A DNA stretch of 63,911 bases, the filler included, from Choristocarpus tenellus KU-1152 (taxonomy: Eukaryota; Protista; Phaeophyceae), in the NCBI GenBank assembly GCA_964200185.2. It is 13 parts of 13 records of this genome, joined end to end, with 100 filler letters (N's around TTAATTAATTAA, not from the genome) between each part and the next. Parts side by side here need not be neighbours in the genome. Positions count along the whole stretch, not along the records: positions 1 to 2,560 come from CAXNAD020026772.1; positions 2,661 to 8,371 come from CAXNAD020009941.1; positions 8,472 to 12,075 come from CAXNAD020019003.1; positions 12,176 to 14,805 come from CAXNAD020026127.1; 9 more parts are not named here. The stretch is one strand, 5' to 3'. Shown piece after piece: positions 1 through 12,719 of the stretch; the first letter of the stretch is position 1, and every line of letters begins with the position of its first letter. Under the pieces are notes generated by a model. That model saw only the letters and a list, made by a program, of their open reading frames with translations, made no database searches and was not told where the DNA came from. The position numbers and the translations under genes are program-made.

Positions 1-224
1 GTGTAGGACATCGTTAAGCAGTAATGCAACAGGCTGGGTGACGATTAAGGGGCGTCAAACCATACCACGAGTGACCTTCCCAAAATCAGTATGTTAAGCG
101 TCTGTCTGCACCAAAAGTGTGTTGCCCTGTATCGATAGGTTACTCTTTGATGTGTCATATGATGAATGTGTGCGCAATACAATGTACTCCTTGAGATAAT
201 TGATGAACTACCCTCCTATGACAG

Positions 225-1000
225 GTACACGAATGGTGGGGACACCGTCGTCTCCTTCAGCGCAGAGAGGCACAACGTGGTGGAGGCGGCCCTTGAACGG
301 AGCAGGAGGGTGGAGGTGTTCGTGTCCAACGGGGCATTCAAGGACGAGGTGAAAGACAAGATAGAGACCTCCTTCGCCCAAGCCTACAGGGATGGCAAGT
401 GGAAGGTAAGAAGAGTGTGCTGGCTTTTTTTCCATTGCTTTCCAACTTGTTGTCTGTCTTGTTTCCTATGGATAGGTGTCGGGCGTGCGATTGTTGTAGT
501 GATGCTTCCTTGTCGATATCTACACGTTGCTCACACGGTACACGCGGTTACACAAGCCACAAACGGAGATCGCGAGACCCCAAGACTTTGTGTGTGAGCG
601 TCGGTATGTCGTAATGTCCTGTTTCCCCACACGAAAAAACAAACGTGCTACGGTACACCACAAGATCTTGAACCAACGCCGGAATAACCTCCACGTACGT
701 GACGAAACCTTATCCCATGGCAAACGCTTCAATGCCACATGATTGGGCTGTCACATGTACGCACGTAACGTTGCAGGTATCCACGTCTCTCGTTCAAGAA
801 CGCGTGATAGGCCCTTCCTGCCTGCCGGAAGCCTTGGGGCAGACCCTCGTCCCAATTCAGACAAATCGATGTTTTGCTGAGGCCGTTAATCCTCAGGGAA
901 AGGCAATGGGACACGATGAGGTGAACGCTTTCGTTGCAAAGACCGTGGCGACGGATTTCGGCTACCAGATGGAGGTGAATGTGGTATAGAATGCACTTCG
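225..1000 (+). pseudogene. Degenerate spliced coding remnant, unknown (probably TE-associated) product
   Basis: GC-rich exon-like blocks (~225-405, ~476-604, ~777-990) with GT/AG borders; in-frame TAG/TGA stops in blocks 2 and 3. Confidence 0.3.
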
Positions 1001-1163
1001 TTACATATTTTGTGAAGAACGAACGGCAGAGTCAACATCTTGGCACGCAGAATAATATTTTTTCATTCCAGAGTCCGAATCTATCTAATGCAGCACCCAA
1101 ATACGTCGCGTATAAAAATATGGGCCTTGCGGGTAACTATTTGATCCGTCGTGTCTTCAACGT

Positions 1164-1421
1164 GAGCCAAAATATCTTAGATGGTACGACCACGTCCATT
1201 TGGGGGCCAAAACCCAATGTTGCGATTTTGATGTTATTTTGGCTATCGTGTTTGTTAGGAAGTGTCAATATCTATGTTTCGGACACACCTATTCATAACG
1301 TATACATTTTACCTACTCCCAAACGTTTCAGATTAGGTAAAACGTCCTAAAAAAAAATATGAAGCCAAGCACCAAATGGACAAACAGGTCAAAACTCGTA
1401 CCCTCCAAGATACTTTCACTC
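1164..1421 (+). mobile_element. MITE family A (~258 bp), full copy with ACGT TSD
   Basis: TIRs GAGCCAAAATATCTTAG / CCAAGATACTTTCACTC; ACGT at 1160-1163 and 1422-1425. Confidence 0.9.
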
Positions 1422-1497
1422 ACGTTTGCCACAATAAGGTTGACATTTTTGAACCACCTTCGGACAAGATTACCTCCAAAAAGCATTACATTCATGA

Positions 1498-2337
1498 ATG
1501 AACGAACTCTGCCCCCCCCCCAACACCCCTCCACCCCCCCCCAACCCCTCCGCTGTCTTTGTCTTCCGCAATGCTCAGCCGCATGCAAGCTCGTCCTCGA
1601 ATCCCGCAGAAATTGCCTTATTCCCACTTGAAGGGAAAGACTACAAGATCGGCGCAAATGACCTCCCTGCATGGGGTGATCTCGTAGTGTGCAACTCTCG
1701 ATCAGAGGCCTTCCGTTCGATCTCTCTCGAAGACCGAGAAAAACAGTGCATTCGGCTGCTTCATGTGGCCAACAACAGACAACTCAAGCGCATGCTTTCG
1801 CCTGGAATGGAGGTGTGTGGGCCTCGCGCCGAGCTCTACTTGCGCGTGGCAGCCACTTGCCCTCTCTACTACATGCGTTGGACCAAGAAAGGAGACAACG
1901 CCAACATTGAATTCTCCTCAAAAGTGCCACAGAGCGGAAGCCGTGACCAGGTCCTCCTCCCCTTCTCCCAGGTTGGCCCCGGGGAGATGTTCGTCACGGC
2001 CGTTGTTGGGAGGGTGTACAAACCCCGGGCAAAAGATGACACGAGATCACCATTCTATGTGCTCCCGGGTGTTACAGTAGTGCATTCTCGTGGGTTCGAA
2101 GTGATGGATTCGGACTCGGACTTGACGAAAATGACCACTAGAAAGCGCAAGTGTCCCTCTTCCGCACGGGGGGAAAGGGGAAAGGTCGAGAGGTATGGAG
2201 GGGCGCAGGTGATTCTGCCATGGAAGACGAGCTGGAGTATGTCAGCGACGCGGAGGAGGATGAAGAGGAAAAAGAGGATGATGAAGTGTATGATCGAGAG
2301 GAGGGTGAACAGGATGACGAACAGGAGTAAGGAGTGA
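1498..2337 (+). CDS. Hypothetical 279-aa ORF, probably frameshifted near 2180-2210 (acidic D/E tail in another frame)
   Basis: Long GC-rich ORF; alternative frame reads MEDELEYVSDAEEDEEEKEDDEV...QE*; no recognisable family. Confidence 0.4.
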   Translation: MNELCPPPNTPPPPPNPSAVFVFRNAQPHASSSSNPAEIALFPLEGKDYKIGANDLPAWGDLVVCNSRSEAFRSISLEDREKQCIRLLHVANNRQLKRMLSPGMEVCGPRAELYLRVAATCPLYYMRWTKKGDNANIEFSSKVPQSGSRDQVLLPFSQVGPGEMFVTAVVGRVYKPRAKDDTRSPFYVLPGVTVVHSRGFEVMDSDSDLTKMTTRKRKCPSSARGERGKVERYGGAQVILPWKTSWSMSATRRRMKRKKRMMKCMIERRVNRMTNRSKE

Positions 2338-2560
2338 AACTATCGTAGAGGGTACGAATTTTTCCCTGTTTGTCCATTTGTGGGGCTTGGCTTCCCATGT
2401 TTTTTTTAATGACATTTTCCGACTCCAAAATGTTTCATAGTAGGTAAAACGTATACATTTGTGGGGCTTGACTTCCCATCTATGGGTTTTTTTATGACAT
2501 TTTCCGACTCCAAAATGTTTCATAGTAGGTAAAATGTATACATTTGTGGGGCTTGGCTTC
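2332..2560 (-). mobile_element. MITE family A partial copy with internal ~83-bp tandem amplification
   Basis: GAGTGAAACTATCGTAGAGGGTA terminus; the segment CATTTGTGGGGCTT...GTAGGTAAAAYGTATA is repeated ~2.3 times up to the gap. Confidence 0.85.
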
Positions 2561-2660
2561 NNNNNNNNNNNNNNNNNNNNNNNNNNNNNNNNNNNNNNNN
2601 NNNNTTAATTAATTAANNNNNNNNNNNNNNNNNNNNNNNNNNNNNNNNNNNNNNNNNNNN

Positions 2661-3270
2661 CCCCCAACCCCCCATGGGCGTAGATTAACCGTTACATCAC
2701 GAACGTGATGTTCCTTGCAGCTGTGACCCACCCTAGGGAGCTCTCCAATGGGGTGTGGTTCAATGGAAAATCGGGATCTGACAATTGTAGATACTACGGC
2801 CATTCAATGCTCCACCAATCCCGCCTCCCAAGAGCATCAAGGTGCTTGTGCCAGCCACCGTAGATGAGGAGAGGTATATGAAGCTCAAGATTGAGGGTGC
2901 CGTTCTAGCAATCAAAGCCTGCATGCCTAGTCCGGAAGGACAGCCCTTCTTTGTGCAGCAGGATGGGGTAAAGCCGCACACCAAGAGAGGGAATGTGGAG
3001 GGTAACCGAGGAGGCGCCAGGGGACAACATAGTCATAGAGACCCAGCCTATCAACTCACCTAACCTAAATGCCAACGACCTGGGATCACTCTTTCATTCC
3101 ATCCAGCAACTGGAGGGGGCGACCAATGCAGAGGAGCCGGAGGAGACCATAATGGAGATGCTAGTTATATATTCTCAGAGGAGGCACCAGAGCTCATCTG
3201 ATGGAGCCTCTTCGCAGTCTACAGTGAAATGCCGGGGTGCAAGGGTGACAATGTCGTCAAAATGCCCAAG
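2661..3270 (+). pseudogene. Tc1/mariner (DD39D-like) transposase remnant
   Basis: Motifs FFVQQDGVKPH and ETQPINSPNLNANDLG (cf. QQDNAxPH / QPPNSPDLNxxDLG); frameshifted. Confidence 0.85.
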
Positions 3271-3559
3271 TGAATGCAGCGAAAGACCATGCTGGAATAG
3301 AGTTTTGGAGAGCTTTGGGGGCGGAATCTTAGGTAGGTGTAGGCTACCCCTTTTTGGTTGAGATTTTGGTGGTGGGCAACCTTTTTAGTATCTGAACAAT
3401 ACACCCATCAAATATAAACATGAGAAAAGATACATTGCTTCTTCATCAGGGTTACATATTTATATTACATTCAATTCCGAACAGAGGAAGTAAATTGTAA
3501 GAAACCATGTCTAAGGTAAAACATTTTTTGACGTTCTGTACGTTTAAACGACTTCCAAG

Positions 3560-5200
3560 GTGTGTAACCCTACCTTCTTTTTTTTTTCTGGCCTATTGAA
3601 ACCATTTTGGTCTCCTTCGGTCAACTAAAGCCAAGAGTGAACATATTTAGAAAGTGCGTGATGCAAAAGCCTGCTCCTTGCAAGTCTAGACGAATTTACG
3701 TGTAAGCAAGAGCAGAATCCAACTACCGAAATTGAGTATGTAAGAAATTTGATCCGATTTACTTTAGATTTTGCCCACTCCGACATTTTGCAGTGTGTCT
3801 CAGGGGAGGAAAAAGACCATAATCAAGAGTAGAGTTATTTTTTACAAGAGAGGTCCTTTTCAATAGATTTTAATCTAACAAACTGAACTATACAAGGTCT
3901 CCTGAGATAATTTTCCCTACAAAACCAAAAATAGCTCGCACTACTATTGCCCCACTTAGTCCTACTATGGAGATTGGCAAAGCAATGGAAGAATCCCAAG
4001 AATCTGCAAGGCGGCTTCGTGCCCACTCTCCATGTGTCTCCACCTTTATATGCATGGCCCTCTTCGACATAACTATCTGTGCAGTTTCATATATTATCTG
4101 TATCGTGAACGACTCAGGGTAAGTATATTATGTTGGGATATTGTTTTAGTTTGCAACAAGAACGTGTGGGAATGGTTTTACTTCTAGTAGACGTATCTTT
4201 TGAGGTTGTGTAGTCAGTTGAAGGAGTCCTTCCACACATGCATCGTATGGCCACAACAACGCAGGTTTGGCACTTGCTCAGGAAGTACCTCCAAGTCTCT
4301 CACAACCACTAGGTTTTCCCACTAGCATATATTGTTAGCTCCTACCTCTGCAATAAAAGATACATGGGAAGACTCACTCTCTCAGGAAGAATGCAGAACT
4401 TGACCTATACTTTATCCCTTCCTAAGTAAAAAATAGTGATAATGTTATGCACTCCCTCTGTGATATATAGGTATATATTGTGCATCCCGCTTTTGACCTA
4501 CCACTACTCTTGAAGTAGTCACAACCGTACTCCATGTTAGAAGTATACATATTGCCATATTACCTTTTGAAAAAATTATCACTGTTTAACCTCTTCTGTT
4601 GGAAGGTAGATGACATGTTGTTGCTTCCCCGAAAAAGTAGCAATCATTTACTTTTCCATTTAAGCCCATGTGAAACCATGAAATGCTATATATTATGACT
4701 ATGCCGCAGGAAAAGGTAGAAACACTTTGGGGCAATTGCGAGATCGTCCCCTAGACTCATTTGCCTGGAAACTCAAAGACAAAGTATCACTAAGATAGAA
4801 GGCAACGAAACCCTCGTCACCCACATGCATGACGTACCACCTAACGTATTACTCCAGTCGTCTCTGGCATAGCTGGAGAAGAAGACTTGCTTGTCTCCCT
4901 GTTGCAAACGTAGTGTTTATGGTATCACTGCATTCAAGCTGTGGAGCACCACTTCTGACGATGAAGAGTTATTGACCATGAATGTCTGGGGTAGATGATT
5001 CAATAAAATTATCCACACAGTGTGACCGCTCCACACTAGCACCAGGCATTTGGGGCGACCATACCTTCGATCAGATTGTACGTACAGGCAAGGGGGCTAT
5101 GGTTGAGCACTGGAGAAAAAGTATTATGAAATGGATTGCGTTGAAGAACAAAGGTAAGTTGTGAAAATGATTTCATCAGCGAGGGTTTGAATCAGTATTT
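3560..5200 (-). mobile_element. Highly degenerate Ty3/Gypsy RT-RNaseH remnant
   Basis: Minus-strand RFLG motif at ~3995; nucleotide similarity of 3775-4050 to 22320-22563; other RT-like traces. Confidence 0.45.
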
Positions 5201-5749
5201 ATATCAAGAAGTTCATGTAGTGTTGTGCACAATTCGGCCTTCATTATTTCAAAGCGGAGAACACATCAATTACAATTCCCACCTTGTCAAAGATGACCAG
5301 TTAATTACCTTCCTCTTCTTTGCTTGCTAGATGCTGACCTCCTCCGTCTTGGCACATTGATTTTACTCATCTTCTCTGATAACTGTGGCAATGTTTGTTG
5401 AGCTTTTTGCTTCAGAGCCATGTACAAGACTAGTGCTCCACCTTTCTTAATTAAGGGCAAGATAGCGGTGCTACCTACCTACACGAATCTCTCTTCAGGG
5501 TCCCAATAGTTGTCTGCGATAAAAGTAAATCCGTACTTGTTCAAAATTTTAACCTATCCTCCTCTACTCCACAATAAAGATGGAGCTGGTGGAGCAGGAA
5601 GTGTTGCAACTTTTTTTTTACGCATTACAATTGCAAGAAACAAAATATGACAGTAAAGTACAAAAGCAGCCACACTACTTTCAGTAACTAGTAGGATGCA
5701 GCAAACCTTGGACCCTAGCATTTCACCGTAGACTGTGAAGAGTCTCCTT

Positions 5750-6420
5750 GGGGTACACATCAAACGACTACAATGTGCCCTCCATCAGCTCCTCTATGTT
5801 GGTCATCCCTCGGTCTCCCTTCAACCGCTGGATGGAATGAAAGAATAATCCCAGATCATTGATGTTGAGGTCAGGTGAGTTGACTGGCTAGGTCTCTATG
5901 ACAATGACGTCCGCCGCCTCCTCCTTGATTGCTTCCATGATCCCCCCCTTGATGTGACCTTCCGTACGGGCATGCGGGCCTTGATTTCTGAGATGGCATC
6001 CAAGGAACATCACCTTCGTGATGTAACGGCCAATCTGTGCCCATGGGGGGTTGGGGGGGTCCTCAGTGGAGTGCAGGTACACACTTGCCCATTATTGAGG
6101 ATGTAAAACCACTTCTCATCCATATGTGTTTCAAAGCCATATAGATTGTCCATTAATACCCCGCCTCCCCCCTCCTGCGCGTGTGTCTGACGACGAAACC
6201 TACCCTGTTGACTTTCTGTTGGTCTCGGAGGACTGGCTGAATCTACCGCTTGGCCTTCTTCACCTTCTCACCCTTGCACATATCCCACAATGAGGCGAGG
6301 GAGACCCCAGCTTTGGCCGCCCATTGTAGAAGGATATTTGTTGTGCACTGATGGGACATTCCAAACATTGAGGGTGCTTGTACGGCGGCCACATCACCCC
6401 TTGCAAGGTCATTCAAGGTC
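5750..6420 (-). pseudogene. Tc1/mariner transposase remnant (second copy)
   Basis: Minus-strand HMDEKWFY, ITKVMFL, IET*PVNSPDLNINDLG; related to 2661-3270. Confidence 0.85.
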
Positions 6421-7027
6421 TATGCATTCACCCTGTGCGATCAGGCTGTCATACTCCTTCAGGTGATGGAACTCGGTGATTTAACAAATTCAAAAGTCTA
6501 ACATGATGGCCGCCGTCGTCCCCTGAGGCATCCGAGACTCGCACCCTCTTACCTCCAGGTATCACGCCACCATGCTGTTCTGCATTGAGATGTTTGAATC
6601 CTGAACCTGGACAGACTTCTGGGTCAAAGAATTGTGACCAACGGGCGACAACGGGATGAGCGAGCTGCTCGAACAAGGGGAGTCTTCCCCTTTGACAGTT
6701 TCACGAGGTTTTTGAACCCTGTCAAATACAACTTGGTTGACATTGCACTGGTGATCCTCCACAGTCAGGTCACCCCACCATCTCATACTTTGAACGCCTC
6801 CCAATGTATATGAGAACTAAGACTCGACTAGTGGGTTTATCACATGGGTGATTCCCTGGTGAGAAATGAGGTTGCAAAAGTAATGATATCTTTTATTCCG
6901 AATGGAGTACTATTCGACCTTTGAATGGTGATGTTAGACTACTACAAATCTCCTTTCCTGTAATGATGGATTAATGAAACAAGAGTCAGTTTAATATCCT
7001 GCTTGTGCCTCAGTCTGTTTTGCTCAC

Positions 7028-7258
7028 TTGCCCTTGGTCTTACATGACATGATCGGCCTTGTTGCTGTTGGGAGGTTGGGAGGCTCACCTTCTCAAGTTT
7101 ATGCTCACACAATCAGCATAGATGAGATATTAATAATGATCCCTTGTCCTTGCCTTTGCTCTTACATGACATGGCCGGCCTTGTTGTCGCTGTGAGCTTG
7201 GGGGGCTCACCTTTTCAAGCTTATGTTCACACAATCGGTGTAAATGGGATATTAATAG
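7028..7258. repeat. Diverged direct duplication, ~121-bp period
   Basis: TCTTACATGACATG...GCTCACCTT...CACACAATC...GATATTAATA present twice. Confidence 0.85.
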
Positions 7259-8149
7259 CAGCCCCAGCCCTCAAGTCTATAGGTAGATGATGAGGTTTGA
7301 TGATTGTGCCATAATGAGTTGTCGCATCAAATATGCTGAATTTCTCACTTTGACTACTATTGACTTCATGGTTTGATCGAGGTAAAAAAACATACTGAAA
7401 CATGGGTAACGAATACTCTTACCTACCAGAACCAAATTAAAAATCAAGAAGCACATCACATGAATGTAGGACTTGAGATCATATTTGCGTTTATATGAAA
7501 CCGCAATTAAGACCCAACTCCTATAACATCATGTCTTGGAGTGGAGAGGAGGTCTGAGGTACACCTCCTGTGACACCTGATATGTATGTGTGGAGATTTA
7601 GAGTTTCAGTGAGGGTGTTCAAGTTCGAGGACACTCCCAATGGGATTTCTCTGGTCGAAATTCTTTCCCAATCGTACTACTTCAGAACTGTTGTTGCTGA
7701 TCCTCTTCATCCCTGGACTCTTCATCCCACCTCTTCTCAGAATCTGCATGAACTGCTCCTCCCGTCTTTTCAAAATTACCATGGATTCTTGGTTTGAGTT
7801 CCCAGTCAGAATCTTTATGGTCTCTGTTTCAGATCCTCTAGAGAGACAGTGAATCTCCTTTAACCCTCTGGAGTTATTCTTGTTTATTGAGGTCACCATG
7901 ATTGACTCTCATTTATTGGGCTGTGTTGAGGACTTTTCCAATTCAAGCGTATCAGAGTTGAGCTGGATCTGTTCTGTTTGCTTCTATTCAGCTTGTCCGC
8001 GGGCACTCTGTTTGTGCATCTACGCGCATTTTCTTTTGATTTCCTTTGACGATTCATCTCAGAGGTCATGATCCTGTTCCTCATCAAGTCATCAACACGA
8101 CCTACTATATATCACCACCTGCGATAATCCATGAATTACAATGGTTTGA

Positions 8150-8371
8150 ATTTTGGATTTTTCCCACTGTGATCTACCCCACTCATCCATCAGCAATGGT
8201 GTAGCTGCTGCTGTAGCTGAGGCGCAAAAGCGTACCTACGAGGGCTCCTTTGACCCTAGTAGCTCTAACCTCAACATCTTCGTGGTGGAAAGTTTAGTAG
8301 GAAAGGAGCTGTTACAGGCGCCCCTCAATGCTCACCTTTCCAGGATGTACAAGTCAAATCCTATTCACAGA
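8150..8371 (+). mobile_element. Non-LTR retrotransposon C-terminal (RLE-like) fragment
   Basis: AAAVAEAQKRTYEGSFDP...FVVES resembles the R2/CRE-type AExxKxxKY...xxES region; similar to 23100-23230. Confidence 0.55.
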
Positions 8372-8471
8372 NNNNNNNNNNNNNNNNNNNNNNNNNNNNN
8401 NNNNNNNNNNNNNNNTTAATTAATTAANNNNNNNNNNNNNNNNNNNNNNNNNNNNNNNNNNNNNNNNNNNN

Positions 8472-8860
8472 TAGGGAGACCCCGGGAGAGGACCCCAAAT
8501 CCCGTCAGGAACGCGCTGCAGCTCTGGGTTACCACCATGGAGGAATCTCCAAGGGAGCGAGCGTACTTCTAGCGCAACCCAGAGCCCCAGGGATGGAGGA
8601 GACTTTCAATATACTGGTCCCTAAACACCCAAGTAAGAACCAAGATGAGCTAAGGCAGGCCATCACGGGTGCAAGAGACAGGGTACAAGGGAATGCAATG
8701 TCTGGGTAACAAAGGTACTGCTCCCCTGAAGGGGAATACACCCCCACCTCCCTTCGAAAATCCTTCATGAGGGTTAATAGTAACTCAGCACCAGGCCCTG
8801 ACGGAATGCACCCAAGCCACATCAGATCAGCCATCACGACAGATGTTGGTCACGAGGAAG
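8472..8860 (+). mobile_element. Non-LTR retrotransposon RT N-terminal fragment
   Basis: NSAPGPDGMHPSHIR at ~8780-8826 (conserved SAPGPDG motif). Confidence 0.7.
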
Positions 8861-10375
8861 TGGCAGAGGCGTTTGTCCTTTTTCAAAAATATTGACTTCA
8901 CTACTTACGAACAAATTCAGAATATACATCAATTTGAACTTCTTATTTCAAGTTCAACAGTGAAACATATTGTACTTTTTATATGGATGTGGTTATTTCT
9001 GTTCCCATTACAAATAGCACAAATGTATACTAATAGTAGAACACTGTAAGGAACTAACTAACTAATCGGTAAAAAACCCAAAATCTTTTGAGTTCAAAGT
9101 GAGACATTGAGGACCAGAGGGAAATCTTCTAGAAGTTGTTTTTTTAGGGTCACCTTTTTTGGGGTTAAGAACAAATTCAAATATTATGTTTTGTGTAGGT
9201 TGGTGGAAAGTTTGTTGAAATGAGACCCAATCTCAGTCCGTTTTGTGTGCGTGTATATACTACCCTCGGTTAGCATTTTAAGATTTGTATGTACCACACT
9301 CAGTGGGGATTGTGATTCTTTCGCATTGTTCGTTTGTCATAACCCCGTATATTTTATTATAAAGTTGTATTATTTTGAGTGCCACTACTATTGTTCCTAC
9401 TTCCTGCCAGTACAATCAATCACTTCAACTGCTACGTTAACTGAGAGCTGCACGCACATCATTATCTCCTGTACTTCCTCTTTTTCTCCTCCACCACCCC
9501 TTGTTCTAATGCTGCTGTTGTGGCTGTCAACAGCATCATTACTCTTAGTGATTCGTTGTCAATGACCTCATCGTTGAGGATTAGTGCGTAGTAATAATAG
9601 TAGTAGTTATGACGTTTTGAATAAGGAGTGATAGTGATGAGCATTGAGAATAACATCAATATACAGTGACACTACTCCTGGTGTTGTCATAGGAATCGTT
9701 TTTTGGAAATAGAAGGAGAACAAGAAAAACAAGTGAGTAAGGAACGACTAGTAGTGGCAGTACTATAGTATTATTAGTAGTGGCAGTACTAGTCCTAGCA
9801 CTTAAATGTGGAGGTACTGGTACGGTGGTACTATCATTGACGACAACTGTCTTGAGTGTTAATAGTGGCAGTGGCGGAGATAGGTCAAAGCATGAGTAAA
9901 GCATACGACGAAAAATGAGTCTAGACTGAATGAAATTCAAATTACTATTTCTTTAGGTCTTAATATTATTATGTTTCAGTACTGGTCGGTTTGCGGTTGT
10001 GAAAACTGTTGCAATAAGTTCGAAGATGGAGAATGATCTAGTATTAAAAGCAGGTGTTTGGTAGATATCAGTGGGGAAGTAGTATAGTGGACAAAAGCAT
10101 CTTCTATATCATGTAAATCAAATATTTATAGCAGAATGCAGAAAGAACTGTTACTATTTTCCCTATTATGCTTTGTAAGGAGGAAATGCCTACCATGTCA
10201 TTTTCGATATTGGTGGTATTTTCTACAAGAATATTTTAATGCCAAAAGTATTCCAACATCAGTAGTAGTATGAAAAGTATACGTAGCCTACGAAGGACAA
10301 CAGGATAAAAATATAAAGTTCATAATGCGAGGGAAGAGGGAATGGAGCTAGATTTCTGGCTTGTCTGTCATGATA

Positions 10376-10559
10376 GGCTCAAAGTATCTGGGGGGGGTGG
10401 CGACTGTCCATTTGGGGACATTTTTTCATGTCGCGATTTTTGTGTTCTTCGGTTGCATACGTAAGATGGATTATGTAAGTGCACTTTTCCTGATTTTGGG
10501 CCAAAAATGGACACCCCGGTGTAGATCCCCCCCCCACTGCCCCCCAGATACTTTGGTCA
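10376..10559 (+). mobile_element. MITE family B (~180 bp), full copy; other full or partial B copies at 14906-14979, 44575-44646, 47503-47664, 49202-49273, 58374-58545, 58664-58691, 60509-60687, 61358-61393
   Basis: TIRs CAAAGTATCTGGGGG / CCCCCAGATACTTTG; shared interior (TGTCCATTT...TCGCGATTTT...AAATGGACAC...GTGTAGA). Confidence 0.9.
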
Positions 10560-10960
10560 CACACCACTCATGGAAGGACGTGAAAGTGAGAGGAAGTGAG
10601 AGGAACTATATACAGAACACCAACGGTGAGACTCATGTGATAGGAGGGGGTGTGTAGATCGCGTATTTGTTCAGGGTGATGTTGATGGCGGAGTCCAGGA
10701 CATGGTTGAGGATGTCTGGTGGTCAATCTCCTACTCTGGATATGTGTGTGAGGTGGTTATGTACAGGTCCTTCGAATACACTGAGGTCCGTGAGATCATT
10801 CTGGGCTTGACGTACATCTCCGCCCCACTGTTGCCTCCCTCTACGAACTTAGAGGCCCCAGGCGTTGTAATTCCTCCTTCAACCTCTGGGTGCATCCCCT
10901 TGCAGTAAGCAGACCCTTGAATCGGCCAATTGTTCTTGGTGTGCATCAAAAAAGCATGTG

Positions 10961-11953
10961 TTACAGGCGAATAGTGCGAGTATTTTTTCCGCGTGTCAAC
11001 ATGCATGAACAGTGTACATATGTAAGAATTCATACAAGAGGAACATTCAATTGATAGGAGACACAGAGTAAAACTTGAAACCCATATATTACCTCACAGA
11101 ACAGACATGAATCCCTGGGAGTTGCAGAAAGGTTTCGTATTTTGAGTACGTAGACAACAGCTTACAGATGTCTTTCGACTTGTAGTCTGAAGCGGTTGGG
11201 TGAGTGATGAATATGAGAAGGGCTTTGGGATGAGACGATCCTTTACCCCTCGTTCAATCTTTATCTTGAACAAAACTGTTTCAGCGTGCCCCAGAACTCA
11301 CCTCCACAGGATGTGTAACTCAATCCAACGACCTTAAAATGACGCTATGGGGACATTGCCCTTGGTAACAGTTTGTTGGGTGTCAGGCACTTTTTCTCGA
11401 TACTCCACTCAGTGCGTAGCTCAAAGCTCAACTCAATGTTTCGTTCAAGATAAAGACTGATTTAAAGGGGATAATGGTTTTGATCAAAAGTCCTCTTATT
11501 ATTTTCATCATCCACCCAATTTCTTTGGTCTTCTATGCAACTGCTCTATATGTACTCCAATCATAAATCTTCATTCTGCCACTTCTTAGGCACTTTGACG
11601 TTTTCTTCTGTAATGTTACGTATGCATTACGAATCTTACTCTGTATCTTCTACGAAATGAGAATTTATTCTGTAAGGCTACCTATGTGTTACTAATCTCG
11701 TATATTATTCGCACTTGTTAGAACGCGAGAAACAATGCTTGCACTATTCACCTGTCACAGATGTTTGTGTTTGCTAAAACATGAGAAGAAACGCTCGCGC
11801 TATTCGCCTGTAATAAAACATTGAGTCGAGCTTTGAGCTACGTACTGAGTGGAGTATCGAGAGAAGGCTGTCTGACACCCAAGAAACTGTTTTTAAAGGC
11901 AACGCCTCTATAGCATCGTTCTAAGGTCGTTGGATTTGAGTTTTACATCCTGT
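10961..11953. mobile_element. Foldback element: arms ~10961-11279 and ~11437-11812, ~155-bp core; extra inverted core copy at 11815-11953
   Basis: TTACAGGCGAATAGTGCGAG vs CTCGCGCTATTCGCCTGTAA; TCTTTATCTTGAAC vs GTTCAAGATAAAGA; related copy at 14995-15290. Confidence 0.75.
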
Positions 11954-12346
11954 AACAGTGGATTTTAAAAATTGAGGATGGAGCGGGGCTATGAGGATGA
12001 TTGTTCTGCGAAAACGGTCTTGAAAAAGTACCGAAAGTTTTTTTTCTGCAACTGTTTTTGCACTTGGAAGGGCCCNNNNNNNNNNNNNNNNNNNNNNNNN
12101 NNNNNNNNNNNNNNNNNNNTTAATTAATTAANNNNNNNNNNNNNNNNNNNNNNNNNNNNNNNNNNNNNNNNNNNNCCTGTGAGGAGGGACACATGTATGT
12201 CCCCGAACGCCCATTCGATGCGCAGCGGCGGCCATGAGTCACAAGAAGAAGGGAACACCCCCGACCATGGTGTGAGGCGGAATGAGAACCGCGTCGATGC
12301 TGATCCTACCCCAACCCCGTGGGACAACCCTTCCGAGAAGGGCAAA

Positions 12347-12603
12347 GAGTCAAAGTATCTTAGAGGGTAGAGCCGCGTCCATTTGGGGATCAAAATCCAA
12401 TGTCGCAATTTTGATGTAATTTGGCTATCATGTTTGTTAAGCAAGCGTCATTTCCTTGTTCCGGACACACCTTTTCATAACGTATGCATTTTACCTACTC
12501 CGAAATATTTTGGAGTAGGTAAAATGTCATCAAAAACCCGTGGGAAACTAAGCCCCAAATGGACAAACAGGGCAAAACTCGTACCCTCTAAGATACTTCA
12601 CTC
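12347..12603 (+). mobile_element. MITE family A, full copy
   Basis: TIRs GAGTCAAAGTATCTTAGAGGGTA / TACCCTCTAAGATACTTCACTC. Confidence 0.9.
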
Positions 12604-12719
12604 AAAGGGAAGGGAAAAAGGGCGCTGTTTAGGAAGAAGAGGGATAGAGAAGGTGATGGACAGAAGAGACCCTTCGAACAGCCTCATGGTCCTCATGGCA
12701 GCGCATTAGCACCTGGCTT

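Noticed and set aside
2605-2616. Recurrent TTAATTAATTAA palindrome as a biological motif
   Set aside because: Always centred in N44 runs; artificial linker.
12124-12709. Recurring short ORFs (SYPLRYFH, KWTNRAKLVPSKIL, DTPFHNVYILPTPK) as a peptide family
   Set aside because: They are translations of MITE-A with variable frames and stops.
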